The notes beneath the pieces were generated by a model. It saw only the letters and a program-made list of their open reading frames with translations. It made no database searches and was not told where the DNA came from. Both the position numbers and the translations under genes were made by a program. From contig NC_052154.1 of the NCBI RefSeq assembly GCF_902713615.1, positions 167,037,988-167,101,987 of the forward strand: DNA of 64,000 nucleotides. Reading direction: 5' to 3'. The DNA comes from Scyliorhinus canicula (lineage: Eukaryota). Positions 37,961 to 50,580 of this stretch are shown here, in pieces. Numbering within the stretch: the stretch's first letter is position 1; each line of letters opens with the position of its first letter.

Positions 37961-38888
37961 AATTACAAATTTAGTTTGCATGTTTAACTAATTTGCTGGA
38001 CATTTTTGATGAGGTAATAGAAAGGGTCATTGAGGGTAATGCAGTAGATGTGGTGTACATGGACTTTCAAAGCACATTAGATTCAGTGCCACACAACAGA
38101 CTTGTAAGAAATGTACCTCATGGAACAATAGGGACAGTAGCAAGGTAGATACACAATTGGCTGAATAATAGGAAGCAGAGATTAATGGATATTTTTCAGG
38201 CTGGAGGAATGTTGGAAGTGGTGTTCCCCAGGGATCAGTATTGGAACGTTTACTATATTAATGATTTAGATCTTGGTGTGCAGGGGACAATTTCAAAGTT
38301 TGCGGATTATACAAAAGTATGCAAAATGTGAAGAGGACACTGTAGTCCTTTAAAAGGACATAGACATGTTGGTGGAGTGGGCAGATAAGTGGCAGATGAT
38401 GTTCAATGCACAGAAGTGTGAAGTGCTGCATTTTGGTCGGAAGAACAATAAAAAATAAGGGTTCAAATTCTCAAAGGGGTGTAGGTGCAATGGGACCTGG
38501 GTGTATATGTGCGTAGATCTTCAAAAGTGGCAGGATGGGTGAAGAGGAAAAATTAATAAAGCATATAACATTCTGGGCTTCATTAATAGGGCATAGAGCA
38601 CAAGAGGATATGCTGACCTTACACAAGACACTAGTTAGACCTCAGCTGGAGTATTGTGCACAGTTCTCGGCACAACACTACAGGAAGAATGTGAACGCAT
38701 TGGAGAGAGTGCATAAGAGGTTTACAAGAATGGTTCCAGGGTCGAGAAACTTCAGTTTTGAGGATAGATTGGAGAGGTTAAGACTGTTCTCCTTGGAGAA
38801 AAGAAGGCTGAGTTCCAAATTATGAGGGGGCTGGCCCGAGCAGTTAAGGAGAAACTGTTCCCACTCGTAAATGAATCAAGAATAAGAG

Positions 38889-39095
38889 ACATGATGTGGA
38901 GATGTCGGCGTTGGACTGGGGTGAGCAGAGTACGAAGTCTTACAACAACAGGTTAAAGTCCAACAGGTTTGTTTCAAACACTAGCTTTCGGAGTACTGCT
39001 CCTTCCTCCTTCACCTGAGGAAGGAGCAGTGCTCCGAAAGCTAGTGTTTGAAACAAACCTGTTGGACTTTAACCTGGTGTTGTGAGACTTCTTAC
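38889..39095. mobile_element. Penelope-like terminal element in inverted (palindromic) arrangement, 12-bp TSD
   Basis: Arms 38930-39008 and 39017-39095 (79 bp, few mismatches); CAAGAATAAGAG duplicated at 38877-38888 and 39096-39107. Confidence 0.85.
39012..39046 (+). ncRNA. Minimal type-I hammerhead-ribozyme-like motif
   Basis: CAC-CTGAGGA-A-GGAGC(AGT)GCTCC-GAA-AGCT-A-GTG: core boxes, 5-bp stem II, palindromic stem III and 3-bp stem I. Confidence 0.6.
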
Positions 39096-39429
39096 CAAGA
39101 ATAAGAGGACACAGATTGAAGATGATTTGCAAAAAGAGCAAATGTGATGTGAGAAAAATCTTTTTTCACACGAGTGGCTCAAGTCTGGAATGCACTCCCT
39201 GGAAGTATGAAGGAAACATTCAAGGGAGCATTAGATGATTACTTGAATAGAAACAAAGTACAGCGGTACAGGGAAAAGGCAGGAGAATGGCACTAAATCT
39301 GATTGGTTGAATAACCTCGCTGCTGCTTTACCTGCTCACAGGCACCACAGAGGGTGGGTGTCACACTAAATCAAAATGCAGCATCAGTGGTCATTTATCT
39401 CCCATTAGTCTTTGGGAAACTGTATACGA

Positions 39430-40300
39430 GGGGTCCGAAAAAACTGAGACCAAAGTCCAGATCCTTATTTCTGTGAGATAGACTTATGAAGAATTTTGCT
39501 TTCAATTTTTGGAATAGTTCCCATCACCTGTTCTATTCTGTGGATTGTTTTGAACATTCCCATGACAGTGGGTCCGTTAGAATTTGGGTTCTGACCCAAC
39601 TCTTGGTTTCCATCAGTCAACGGGCATTTCTACTAATTGAAACTTTGGCTGGAATTTGCTGGAGTGGCAGGAGATCTGCAGTCCACCACTAAAACTGGTG
39701 GCACCAAATCTTTAGGAATCCCAAGGGTGTTAACTCTCTAATTATCAGTGGAAACACTGCCACTGGGATACTGCAGGGGAAATTTAGTTGTTGCACTTCC
39801 CCCAAAGGATATAGAATGCCCCCAGATGATGAGAGCTTCCAAACTCAACACCCAAAAACACGCTTTAAAATCTTCTCCTCATAATAATCCTTTTCCTTAA
39901 CGGTTTGCACTCTGAAATCCAGTCCAGGTTTTCCAAATGACGCTTTTAAACAAAGCTTCCACCCCACATTTAACGGGATTTTACCCTACCCTCTTTTAGG
40001 TTTCCTTTGTCTTTACTGCTTTTTGCACAAATTCTGAGATCCAGTCACCGATTTCTATAGTTATTTCAACTCACGCTCCACATGCTGTAGCAAATCTCAC
40101 AAACCTGAAAATCATTTCAGATATCTCACTGGCATCTCACCCTTCTTCTCAGCTCAGTCTATCTTTATTGAACAATTAAACCTGTTCTTGTTCCTTTAAC
40201 CTCAGGCCTGTTGGGAGCGTCTCTTTATTTCTCTAGTTTCCTTAACTCGCTGCTCTTCAGATCTCTGCACTTGTTTTCTTAACCATTACTCCATGGTACG
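39430..40300 (-). mobile_element. Very decayed LTR-retrotransposon internal remnant
   Basis: Composition and weak motif resemblance only. Confidence 0.3.
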
Positions 40301-42589
40301 AAGAGGTGAATTTATTGGCTGTGAAATTACTCAGCTATCAAACAAAATTCAATCTGTTTCAACTTTCCAAGATAACGACTCAGATAAGTGCCATGGAACT
40401 GTCCAAAGTCTCGGACTCTAACTCAGAATTGGAGACATTCACTGAGAGTTCCGGGGAGAAGGGGAATTCTTGACAATCCAGAGACCAGATGGTTTGGCCC
40501 ATAATTTATAGTAAGTATGGCAAGAAAAAGCATTTGGCCATCTTGTGGGTTTGGACCACTGCAGCAGGTCCTGAAACTGTACATATTGTAATTTGCTAAG
40601 GGAAAAGATGGTTTTGGTTCATTTTGTAAGGGGAAACATGTGACTAAACTATAGAGTTTAGTTAAGTTAAACTTTGCCCTGATCTGTTTTGCCCTTTGTT
40701 GGTAGCTGATTTCAGTCCGGTTGGCAATAGAACTACAAATAATGTTGGTGCCCTTGAGCGAGGGCAGGACAAAATGCAGCAGGTTTCATAATTCTGATCG
40801 ATGGAATGCTGACAAACAAGAACTTTGTTGGGAGGTTAAGATGTTTGTTGCGGAGGAGAGAGTCAGACTTTGTTGCGAAATGTCTCCCCATAGAATTGGA
40901 CACCAATACTCACTCTAAGGTCACGTGTGAAGAGAGCTATTTTGGTAAAGCATAAGAGGGTGATTGATTCCCATGGAAATATTGGCCAACAGGAGCCAAC
41001 AGCTTCAGGCAAGGGTGAAGCGAGAAAGTTGGCACATGGATAAATCAATGGTCCTTTGTTCAGAGGAATGGTCATGCCCCAGAATATATAAACACCGATA
41101 AATGCGATGTGCTTGTACATCTGCGATTTCCAAACCTAAATTATTTGGATCAGATCAGTGAAGAAAATAATAACGCTAATCAGAGCTTCAACTGGACATG
41201 CCAGCAGCCTGCCTGACAAGGCCACACACCAGTTCCACTCTTTTTGAGTTCAGTACATTGCTTGCTGTTGTTTTCTCTATCTTTTGCTCTTTGACACTTT
41301 TGCATTTTATTCAAAGCATGTTGACCTCACACTTGATCCTTTCTAAGTGTCACTTTAGCTTATAAACCTCTTTCATTGCTAAGAAATTCTTTCAGGACAA
41401 TGAGAAGCTTTGTATTTCCCTGAGACGAGGCTCACACTGGCATTTAGAAAGGGATGAGCAACAAATGCTGGCCTTGCCAAAGGCGCTCACATCCCATAAG
41501 AAGAATAAAAAATAAATTTCAAATATCAACAGTGGAAAATAGCTGACACTCGTCAACAAACTTTGCATTCTCGAAAGGTTCAGTTTACGTTTTGTAACTT
41601 TTTGTTCCTTGGGTGAATTGTCCTGTCATTGGTGGCAAATGGGCGTTGGAAGATCGTTGGAAAGCAACAGACGAGTTGCCATGCAGTCTGGCCCTTAATG
41701 GGCGGAGACGGCAAAATCTGGATGGCTGTACTACAAAAACAATCTACAAGTCAAGTTGGAATTAACTACGAGTGTAAACAATTAGCCCTGAGAAAATGGA
41801 GGATAAACTGGAACAAAGCTAAAAGGAATATTATTGCTGGATGAAGAGTAAAGCTCTGATTTAAGTAAGTTAAAACATGAAGTCGCTAAATGCAGGGGAG
41901 GTACCATAGTAATTAAAACCAAGCCAGTGTGGCACATACCTTTTCAGGAGGATGATTAAACTGAATCATGTAACCAGAATCCCACGCTCAGCAAACATTT
42001 CTAGACAGGTCTCGGCTGCATTCTTTGAAGTTGCGAGTTGGCATGAGGTGCTGTAAATAACCTTGTAAGTGGCAGCCAACATGGTTTGACAGGGACAAAA
42101 GATTACCTGACTAAAAGTCATGACTTTTTTGAAGGATTGACACCCTCAGCCAATATGGGAAAGTCAGACTAGTCAGGCAAGTCTTGCAGAAACATTTTGG
42201 TGAAGTTCTGCATTGAACGCAATGAAAAATATCTAAGCCTGTGTATCCTAAGTAAAACGTGGAGCTGGAGAAGATGTGTCTGAAGTGGAGAAAACAACAG
42301 GTGTCAGTTAGAGGGATGTATTGATTGAAATACCCAAAGCATCAATGCAGAGCCACATACAGCTTCTCTTTTATATGAATGGCCTGAGTTAGGAATAAAA
42401 CCGCAGGTGAAAACGGGCACAATTCAAAATTTTGGCTGGAAGTGCAAACTAAACTGAATGGGATTAATTCAACCAAACTTTGTTTTGTTCAGATCCATAC
42501 AGAAGGGAAACTTAAGGAATATGTGTGTGGATCTTCCCTCAGTGGCTGAGTGAGTTTGTCTATTGTAAAGTAACTGAGCCTTATACTAG

Positions 42590-43438
42590 TGTAACAGGAT
42601 GCATATTCTAAAGAAGACAAAGGATTAACAATTTGATGTTAATACATCTCACCATCAGATGGAGATAAGGAGTAGTCTTATAAATGTCATGTGACTCCTG
42701 AGATTCAGGAGAAGGTGTTCAGGCATGAGAGATTAGCTGCATAGTTGAGACATCTGCAGTTAGAGATATCGTATAGTTCAATTTAATAACCTTTTGCCTT
42801 GGAACTTGTTTGAATCTTATTTAAGTAGTGTAAATAAATCAGTTTTGTTCATTTACTTAGCTTGATGTTCTTTGTTCAACATTACGCACTCAAGACATCC
42901 TGGGCGGGACTCTCTAATCCCTCGGCAGAGTGTCCACGCCGTCATAAACGCCATTGCATTTTATGATGGTGTGAACGGGCCACTGCCAGGACTAATTCTG
43001 GCCCCTACAGGGGGCCAGCACGGCGCTGGAGCGGTTCGTGCCGCTCCAGCTGCTGATCCCACCACAAACTGTGCGCTGGTGGGCCCCGATCGCAGGCTAG
43101 GCCACATCAGAGGCCCTCCCGGGGTCGGAGCCCCACACAGACCCTTCAACGCCGAGATCCCGCCGGCTCAGAGCAGGTTAGAACGGCGCCGGCGGGAATC
43201 AGTTTTTTTCTTACGGCCGCTCAGCCCATCCGGGCCAGAGAATCACGGAGGATTCTCTCTGCGTAGAGTCGCGTGCCAGCGTCAAGGCAGCGTGGCCCGG
43301 TCGCGGGGATTTTCCGGCCCGGCCCAGGGCTGGGACAATCCCGCCCCCTGATTAACAAAACAGAGAACATCACACATAGTCATTTAGGTGTGAGGTTTGA
43401 TCCCTGGTTATGGCTGAAATCTGTCAATCTTAGTCACA
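42590..43438 (+). mobile_element. Probable solo LTR carrying a Harbinger MITE
   Basis: TGTAAC...GTCACA ends, TATAAA at ~42679, AATAAA at ~42833; no TSD found. Confidence 0.55.
42902..43346. mobile_element. GC-rich Harbinger MITE
   Basis: TIRs GGGCGGGACTCTC / GACAATCCCGCCC; 3-bp TSD CCT; related to 23826-24476. Confidence 0.9.
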
Positions 43439-44303
43439 GTGTTGCAATTGGCGTAACCTTCTCAAAGAAATAGAGAGCAAGCAAATGCCCCTGGTCCCGA
43501 TTATATTGAGACCCCTCGACTGGAAGTGAACGTACATGGTTGGCAAGTGATGAGAGAGTGTTTGCTTTCTTGAGCTGGAATCCACGATGAAGAAACAGAC
43601 TTGAATGATGGGTTGGGTAATGTACTGGAAGGAACGATACCCAACCAGGTAAGGGAGCAGACAGGGTGGGGAACAACAGATAAAAAATAAAACAAAATGT
43701 TGGAGAGAGAGCGAGATAAAGGTGGTCAGTTTTATTGGTAGGAAACTTATCACTTTACCAATTGACCCTAACCAAGTGGCTTTCGTGACATGGAAAACTG
43801 CTTGATTCAACTCCTTGAAACCTAGAACCCTTATTTGATCATGGTCTTTCACAAACCAAGAATGTTGAGGTCAGTTGTAGCAAACCTCAGGTTTTTACCT
43901 GGGTCTTTAGATCTCAGTGCTATGCCGAGTTTGAAATTTTATATACATGGAACTAATAATATTGTAACCAACTCCTACCACAAGTGCAGGAAACAGCTTA
44001 CCACAGAACACAGCCTGTTGTAGTATGTAACCTATTTAGATATCCTGTTGAATACATTTCCTGGAAGCCACGTTTGTGATATCTTGTTTGTTTTAATCTT
44101 TTATACCCTTCTTATTTTAGTTCCACACTTCTGAAACAACATGAATCTATGAGTAATGAGAGCCACTCTTATCTCCGCCAACATGATCAAGAAAGAGTTT
44201 CTTCTAAAAGCAGCGCAAGATTATCTACTTCCATGCTTTAAAAAGTAACTTTATTTAACTGCCATCCCTATCACAGAGCAGTCAGATCCACAAAGAAACA
44301 AAC

Positions 44304-44507
44304 CTTTTCCGAGCCTGCTCCAGGCAAAGCAAGCCCTAGCCGTGTCACACCTCGCATATTCAGCATCACCAACTGGTCTTCGCATTTTCTTTCAAGTAAT
44401 TTTGTGTCCCACATAATTTCACTTGTTGGAGATTTTCGTTCAATTAGTGCTTGGTTTTCACAGCATTTGGCCATTTCTTTTGAGGCCGTGTGTCCATATC
44501 CATTGAT
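44304..44507 (-). CDS. Candidate 204-nt phase 0/0 exon of an unidentified gene (INGYGHTASKEMAKCCENQ...RGVTRLGLALPGAGSEK)
   Basis: Acceptor CTTGTTTATTCAATTAG, donor AAG|GTTTGT, one open frame, non-repeat DNA; no recognisable homology, may be chance. Confidence 0.3.
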
Positions 44508-44944
44508 CTAATTGAATAAACAAGTTTGGAGCCACAAAACTATATTTAAAAAAAAGAGAAATAACCACTTTTTAATTGTCCTTAACAACTTCCTTTTTCT
44601 CACCTGAAGCTGAAAACCTACAAGCACAATCTTCACGGTTCACAATCTTCCCTCACTCCCATCAACTAGCTCTGAATTCAGCTTGCATTGTCCAGTGCAG
44701 ATCATAGTTATAGTAAAGGGATAGGCCAAGTTAAGTATATCAGCAACAGAACAATGCATTGTTCTAGAAAAGAATATCGCCCCATTTATTATGACCGATG
44801 AAATGTGCAGGAGGACATGCCAGGAGCGACACCAGGTATATCTGCGAATGAGTTGTCAACCTGTTGGACCTACGACACAGAACTACTTGCATGGCAAACA
44901 GTGGAAGCAGCAATTAATAGACAGGGCTAAAATTTGCTTAGTGG

Positions 44945-45270
44945 GGGCAGCACGATAGCATTGCGGATAGCACAATTGCCTCACAGCTCCAGGGTCCCAG
45001 GTTCGATTCCGGCTTGGGTCACTGTCTGTGCGAAGTCCGCACATCCTCCCCATGTGTGCGTGGGTTTCCTCCGGGTGCTCCGGTTTCCTCCCACAGTCCA
45101 AAGATGTGCAGGTTAGGTGGATTGGCCATGATAAATTGCCCTTAGTGTTGGGTGGGGTTACTGGGTTATGGGGATAGGGTGGAGGTGTTGACCTTGGGTA
45201 GGGAGCTCTTCCCAAGAGCCAGTGCAGACTCGATGGGCCGAATGACCTCCCTCTGCACTGTAAATTCTAT
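44945..45270 (+). mobile_element. Full-length V-SINE, CR1-type tail
   Basis: B box GGTTCGATTCC, V-domain and ...CTGCACTGTAAATTCTAT. Confidence 0.93.
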
Positions 45271-45957
45271 AAACGATCCCACAACCAACCGAGTAGATCT
45301 AAGCTCTGCAGTCCTACCACATCCAATTGTGAAAAGTGGTGGACAATTAGACAATTCACTCGAGGGATGAGGCTCTACAAATATCATCATTTCAATGATG
45401 GAGGAGCCTAGCAGATCACTGCAATAGATAAGGCTGAAGTATTTGCAGCCACCTTCAACCAGAAGTGTCAAATGGACGATCCATCCACCTCTGGAGGTCC
45501 CCTGCATCACAAATGGCAGATTTCTCCCAATTCAATTCACTCCACGTGATATCTGAAAAGGCTGTGGGCCCTGACAATATTCTGGCAATAGTACTGAAGA
45601 TGTGTGCTCCAGAACTAGCTGTTCTCCCAGCCAAGCTGTTCCATCTACCTGGCAATGTGGAAAATTGCCAATGTCCTGTCCACAAAAGGCAGGACAAATC
45701 CAACCCAGCTAATGACCACCAACCCTATCAGTCTGTTATCTATCAACAGTAAAGTGATGGAAGGTGTAGTTGACAGTGCAATCAAGCGGCATTTATTTAT
45801 CAATAACTTGCTCACCAGAGCTCAGATTGGATTCCACCAGGGTCATTCAGCTTCTGACCTCATTGCAGTCTTTGTTCAAATATGGGCAAAATAGCTGAAT
45901 GCGAATGGTCAGGGGAGAGTGACTGCCCTGGTAACAAGGCTGCATTTGACCAAGGCA

Positions 45958-46695
45958 ATAGACCATAAGATATAGGAGCAGACATCGCGTCTGCTCCGCC
46001 ATTTGATCATGGCTCATATGTTTCTCATCCCCATTCTCCTGCCTTCTCCTCATAACCGCTGATCCCCTTATTAATCAGAAACCTATCAACTTTGATCTTA
46101 AAGATACTCAGTGACTTGGACTCGACAGCTTTCTCTTGCAAAGAGTTCCACAGATTTACCACCATGACCTTTCTGCTTTTGTAATCTATTCCTCGATTGA
46201 TAAAGGCAAGTGTCCGATATGCCTTTTTCACCACCCCATTAACCTGTCCATCTGCTTTCAGAGACCTATGGACAAACATGCTAAGGTCCCTTTGTTCCTC
46301 AGAACTTCCCTGTGTCAGGCCATTCATTGAATACTTCCTTGTCACATTACTCCTTCAAAAGTGTATCAGCTCACACTTATCAGGATTAAATTCTATCTGC
46401 CCATTTGACCAACCTGTCGATGCCTTCCTGTAACCCAAGACACTCAGCCTCACTGTTAACCACACGACCAAGCTTTGTGTCATCTGCAAACTTACTGATT
46501 CTACCGCCCACATAGTCTTCTATGTTGTTCATATAAATGGTGAATAATAGGGGGCCCAGCACAGATCCCTATGGTATGCCACTGGATACTGACTTCCAGT
46601 CACTAAAGTAGCCGCCTGTCATCACTCTGTCTCCTACAACTAAGCAAATTTTGAATCCATCTTACCAAGTTACGCTGTATCCCATTTACATTTGC
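45958..46695 (-). mobile_element. CR1 fragment with an internal deletion
   Basis: ORF 46025-46345 jumps from FINRGIDYKSRKVM to VVNLWNSL. Confidence 0.85.
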
Positions 46696-46889
46696 AGTTG
46701 GGTTTAGAGGGAACATCCCTCTCAGCCTTGCTGGAAGAAAAGCCATACTATGGAGTAATGGTTAAAAAAATGGGTGCCGGAAATCTGAAGTCCAGCTAGT
46801 CACAGAAACGCGGGAAATGAAGAGAAGTGTTTAAGAAGTCTGGAGTTAAATAAACAGAGGCCAAGATATGATTCAGAAGAATTCAAGGG

Positions 46890-47208
46890 TGTAGTTAGCA
46901 TTGCTGCCTCACAGTACCAGGGGCCCAGGTTCAATTCTGGCCTTGGGTGACTGCCTGTGTGGAGTTTTCATGTTCTTCCCGGGTCAGTGTGGATCTCCTC
47001 TGGATGCTCCACTTTCTCCCACAGTCCAAAGATGTGCAGGTTAGGTGGATTGGACATGCTAAGTTGCCCCTTAGTGTCCAAAGTTAGGTGGGGCTGTGGG
47101 GATAGAGCAGGTGAGTGGATTTGGATGGGGTGCTCTTTCAGAGGGTCAGTGATCACTCGAAAGACTGAATGGCCTCCTTCTGCATTGTAGGGATTCTATG
47201 ATGCTATG
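46890..47208 (+). mobile_element. Older V-SINE, CR1-type tail
   Basis: Head, V-domain and GGGATTCTATG tail. Confidence 0.88.
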
Positions 47209-48088
47209 AAAGTGTTCGACATTAAAAAGATAATTGCAGTAAATGGAAATATGTCGCCGCTCCTTCACTGTCGCTGGGGCAACATCCTGGAACTCCCTCC
47301 CTAACAGCACAGTGGGTGTCCCTACGCCTCAAGGAATGCAGCAGTTCAAAAAGGCAACTCACCACCACCTTCTGAAGGCCAACTAAATAGGCAATAAATG
47401 CTGGCCTAACCAGCGACACCCACATTCCGTAAATGAATATAAAAAAAATAACCTGTTTAAAGCAGACCTCAAAGATAAATCAGACATCTGATGCCAATTT
47501 CATACAGCCTGGGAATTGGGAGTTAAAGCAATTTTGAGCCGTTTGCACAGCTGACAAGATAAGGAAATCTTAAAGGAGTTGGTGTAAAATTCTGGATGGA
47601 TTTTGCTGTTAAAAAGTTAAGTAAAAGCTTTGTTTAAAAGTGTCATTTGGAAAACCTGGCCTGGATTTCATGATGCAAACCACTTAGGGAATTCATACTT
47701 ATGTGAGAAGATTTTAAAGTGTGTTTTTGGGAGTGGAGTTTGGAAACTCATGTGACAATCATCTGGGGGGATTCTGAGGAGTCATCCACAAGCATTCACC
47801 ATTGTAGCTTAAGATACACTTTGTAATCCATGTCAGTCATAAAACCTGTGTGTAATCATTAAGCTAAAGGGGGAGTAAAGAAGTATTGTATTATAATTCA
47901 ATTTTATCATGTTTAATAAATGGGGGTTTTTTTTCCGATTTCTGGTGGCCGCTATGAAGGAGTAAGTCGCATATTTGGTGGCTCCCACTCGGGTCGGACT
48001 TTTGGACCTTTCCCCCCGATTTTCTACCGGACTTGAACTGTAAAACTGAAGACAGAGGCAATTGTGTAAAGAATTCCCACATCGGTGC

Positions 48089-48944
48089 ATGGAGAGAAGG
48101 ACTGGAAGTGCTCGTAAAGGCAGAAACAGAAAGACAGAGAAGGCTTGAGCTGAAGCTGCAGCAGGAGACAGCATGGCGGAGGGCCGGAGCTCTGGTTTGT
48201 TGACCCAGCGGTCAACGGAGCAGCTGATGCAAGTTATTCAGAAAGGCTTTGCTAAGCAGAAATAGGACTGCTTGGACCCGATAAAAGAGTCGATTGAGCG
48301 GCTGGAGCTTAGATTGGACGCCCAAGATCGGGTGATCCAGAAAGTAGAGAAGGCGCTGGTTGAGCAGGAGGAATATCAAACTGCGGTGGAGTTGGAGGTG
48401 GGGATGCTGAGAGACCAACAGAAGAAGCCCCTGGAGAAGGTGGAGGACCTAGAGAATAGGTCCCGCAGGCAGAACCTGAGAATCATAGGGCTCCCGGAGG
48501 GGTTCGAAGGAGCGGACGCTGGGGAACCATTGCAGATATGTTTGAGAAGCTGCTGGGGGAGGGGGCATTCTCCGACCCTTGGAGATGGACAGGGCTCACA
48601 GAGCGCTCATGAGGAAGCCACGAATGGGAGGCCCCTAGAGGGGAATTGTGCTGAGGTTCAACAGGTACTTGGATAAGGTGCACATTCTACAGTGGGCCAA
48701 GCAGACACTGAGCTGTAAGTGGGACAATAGTATCCTGTGGGTCTACCAAGACCTGAGTGTGGAGGTGGCCAGGAGAAGAGCAGGCTTCAACCAGATTAGG
48801 TCGATCCTTTTTAAGAAAAAGGTGAAGTTTGGACTGTTGTATCCGGCCCGTCTCTGGGTCACGCACGAGGAACAGCCCTTTTATTTCGAGTCGCCTGAGA
48901 ATGTGCTGGACTTCGTGAAAAGGAAAGGACTGGTGGTGGACTGA
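48089..48944 (+). pseudogene. L1 ORF1p (coiled coil-RRM-CTD), disrupted
   Basis: EKVEDLENRSRRQNLRIIGLPEG; YQDLSVEVARRRAGFNQIR...FGLLYPARLWVT; one stop plus frameshifts. Confidence 0.93.
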
Positions 48945-49580
48945 GAACATTTGAACTTTGCTGCAACATTCATGTTCTTTTTTCCTTTTGTTTCTCTGTA
49001 CTTTAAAAAAAAGTATCTTGTTTTTAGTTTTGTGGAAGCTGTTTGTAATGCCTTCTGTATTGACTTGGGACCAGTGGCAGAGCTGAGTGAGTTCAGGTTT
49101 TCATTTGCACTGTTTGGGGATGGAGGTGTGTTTGTTTAGATTTTGATGTCTTTCTGTCGGGCAATTGTGTGGGGATTGTTTGATGTTGGAGTATGTTTGT
49201 ATGAGCCGGGTTTGGGGGGGGGGGGGGGGGTGTGGAGGGAACAATGGGTGAGAGACTATCCGGCGCCAGGGATGGGGGCTACCAAGCTAGCTGGGCGGGC
49301 TAGCTCAGGGAAGTACAGTAGGGGTTGTGCATATGCTCGTTTTATAAAAGGGGTTGGGTTACAGTGTGTTGTTACTGGGGGAGGAGGGGGGGTGAAATGT
49401 TCTGCTGACGAGGGAGAGACTTCGGCCAAGGGACAGAGAGGAGGTTGGGGGCGGAGGCTGCCTGGGGGCGGGCCGATGGAGGTGCGAAGCATGAAGCATG
49501 GGCTGGAGGCGGGCCCAAAAAAGGGGGTGGATGATTGGCAAAGGGGGGGTGCAATGAATCCCCCAACTAGGCTGATCACC

Positions 49581-49752
49581 TGAAAATGAAAAATGAAAAT
49601 CGCTTATTGTCACGAGTAGGCTTCAAATGAATTTCTGTGAAAAGTCCGCAGTCGCCACATTCCGGCACCTGTTTGGGGAGGCTGGTACGAAAATTGCACT
49701 GTGCTGCTGGCCTGCCTTGGTCTGCTTTCAAAGCCAGCGATTTAGCCCTGTA
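49581..49752 (-). mobile_element. Short tRNA-derived SINE at an L1 ORF2 deletion junction
   Basis: Reverse complement homologous to 35118-35278; (TTTTCA)n tail. Confidence 0.88.
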
Positions 49753-50580
49753 CTGGTGGAGCACAGAGTCTCGCTCTATGCAGACGACCTGCTTCTGCAA
49801 TATGTACTGTACAAAACAACAGTAAGAATGGATAACTCAGGGACAAAATCCCCAACAGTTTCCGTCCACGAATAAATGGCCTGTCTGCACCCAAACAGGA
49901 TGGAGGCAACGTTTTAGATCCACATTACACCCAAAACAGAATGACAGAAGACAAAAGCAATAAGCTGTGATGCATGTAAGAATTTGTCATATTGTATAAT
50001 TTTTGCAATTGTGATATCTAAAACCTGGGAAAAGATGCATACAGACAGTATGGCTGCGAGAGCAGTGACCAAGGTGTTGTAAAAGTGAGGTAATCATTGA
50101 TTTGCAAGGGAAGTGTTCAGCTAATTGATCTTAAGAATCATTAATTGTTTATAGATAGATAACTCATGGAATATTGTTTATGTTGAAGGACCCGTGGGGT
50201 GTTAATAATTTACTTGGGGTATTGTGCTTGGGCCTGGCTGAACAAGTAAAGGGACATCTTGTAAGAAGAGACAAAAGAGTGCCTTATGCTTTGCGTACAG
50301 GTTATGTAGTTACTGGGAGGACCCAGGGCTGTTTGAAAAGTCAGTTGGTCCAAGAACTCTCATCTGAACAGAGGTGTAGTTCGGTCCTGAAATCTGTTTC
50401 CAATCATTCTGCGCAGAGAAAAGCTTGTAGAAACGTGGCTGTTAACTTTATTTATGAATAGTGTTTGAAATATATACGTTTGCTTAATTGGAATATAGAA
50501 CATAGAACGATACAGCGCAGTACAGGCCCTTCGGCCCTCGATGTTGCACCGACATGGAAAAAATCTAAAGGCCATCTAAC

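Larger units (their letters stand above)
37975..39320 (+). mobile_element. CR1 RT-to-3'-end fragment
   Basis: AVDVVYMDFQ, SGVPQGSVL, KTLVRPQLEYCAQF...ERLRLFSLEKRRL. Confidence 0.9.
47925..49800 (+). mobile_element. L1-clade LINE 5' part: 5' UTR, ORF1, spacer and ORF2 stubs
   Basis: ORF2 start MNPPTRLIT (49554); after the SINE, VEHRVSLYADDLLL (RT catalytic YADD). Confidence 0.93.

Noticed and set aside
37060-39320. Twin-priming inversion of a single CR1
   Set aside because: Both opposed pieces have their own 3' ends, so they are two independent insertions.
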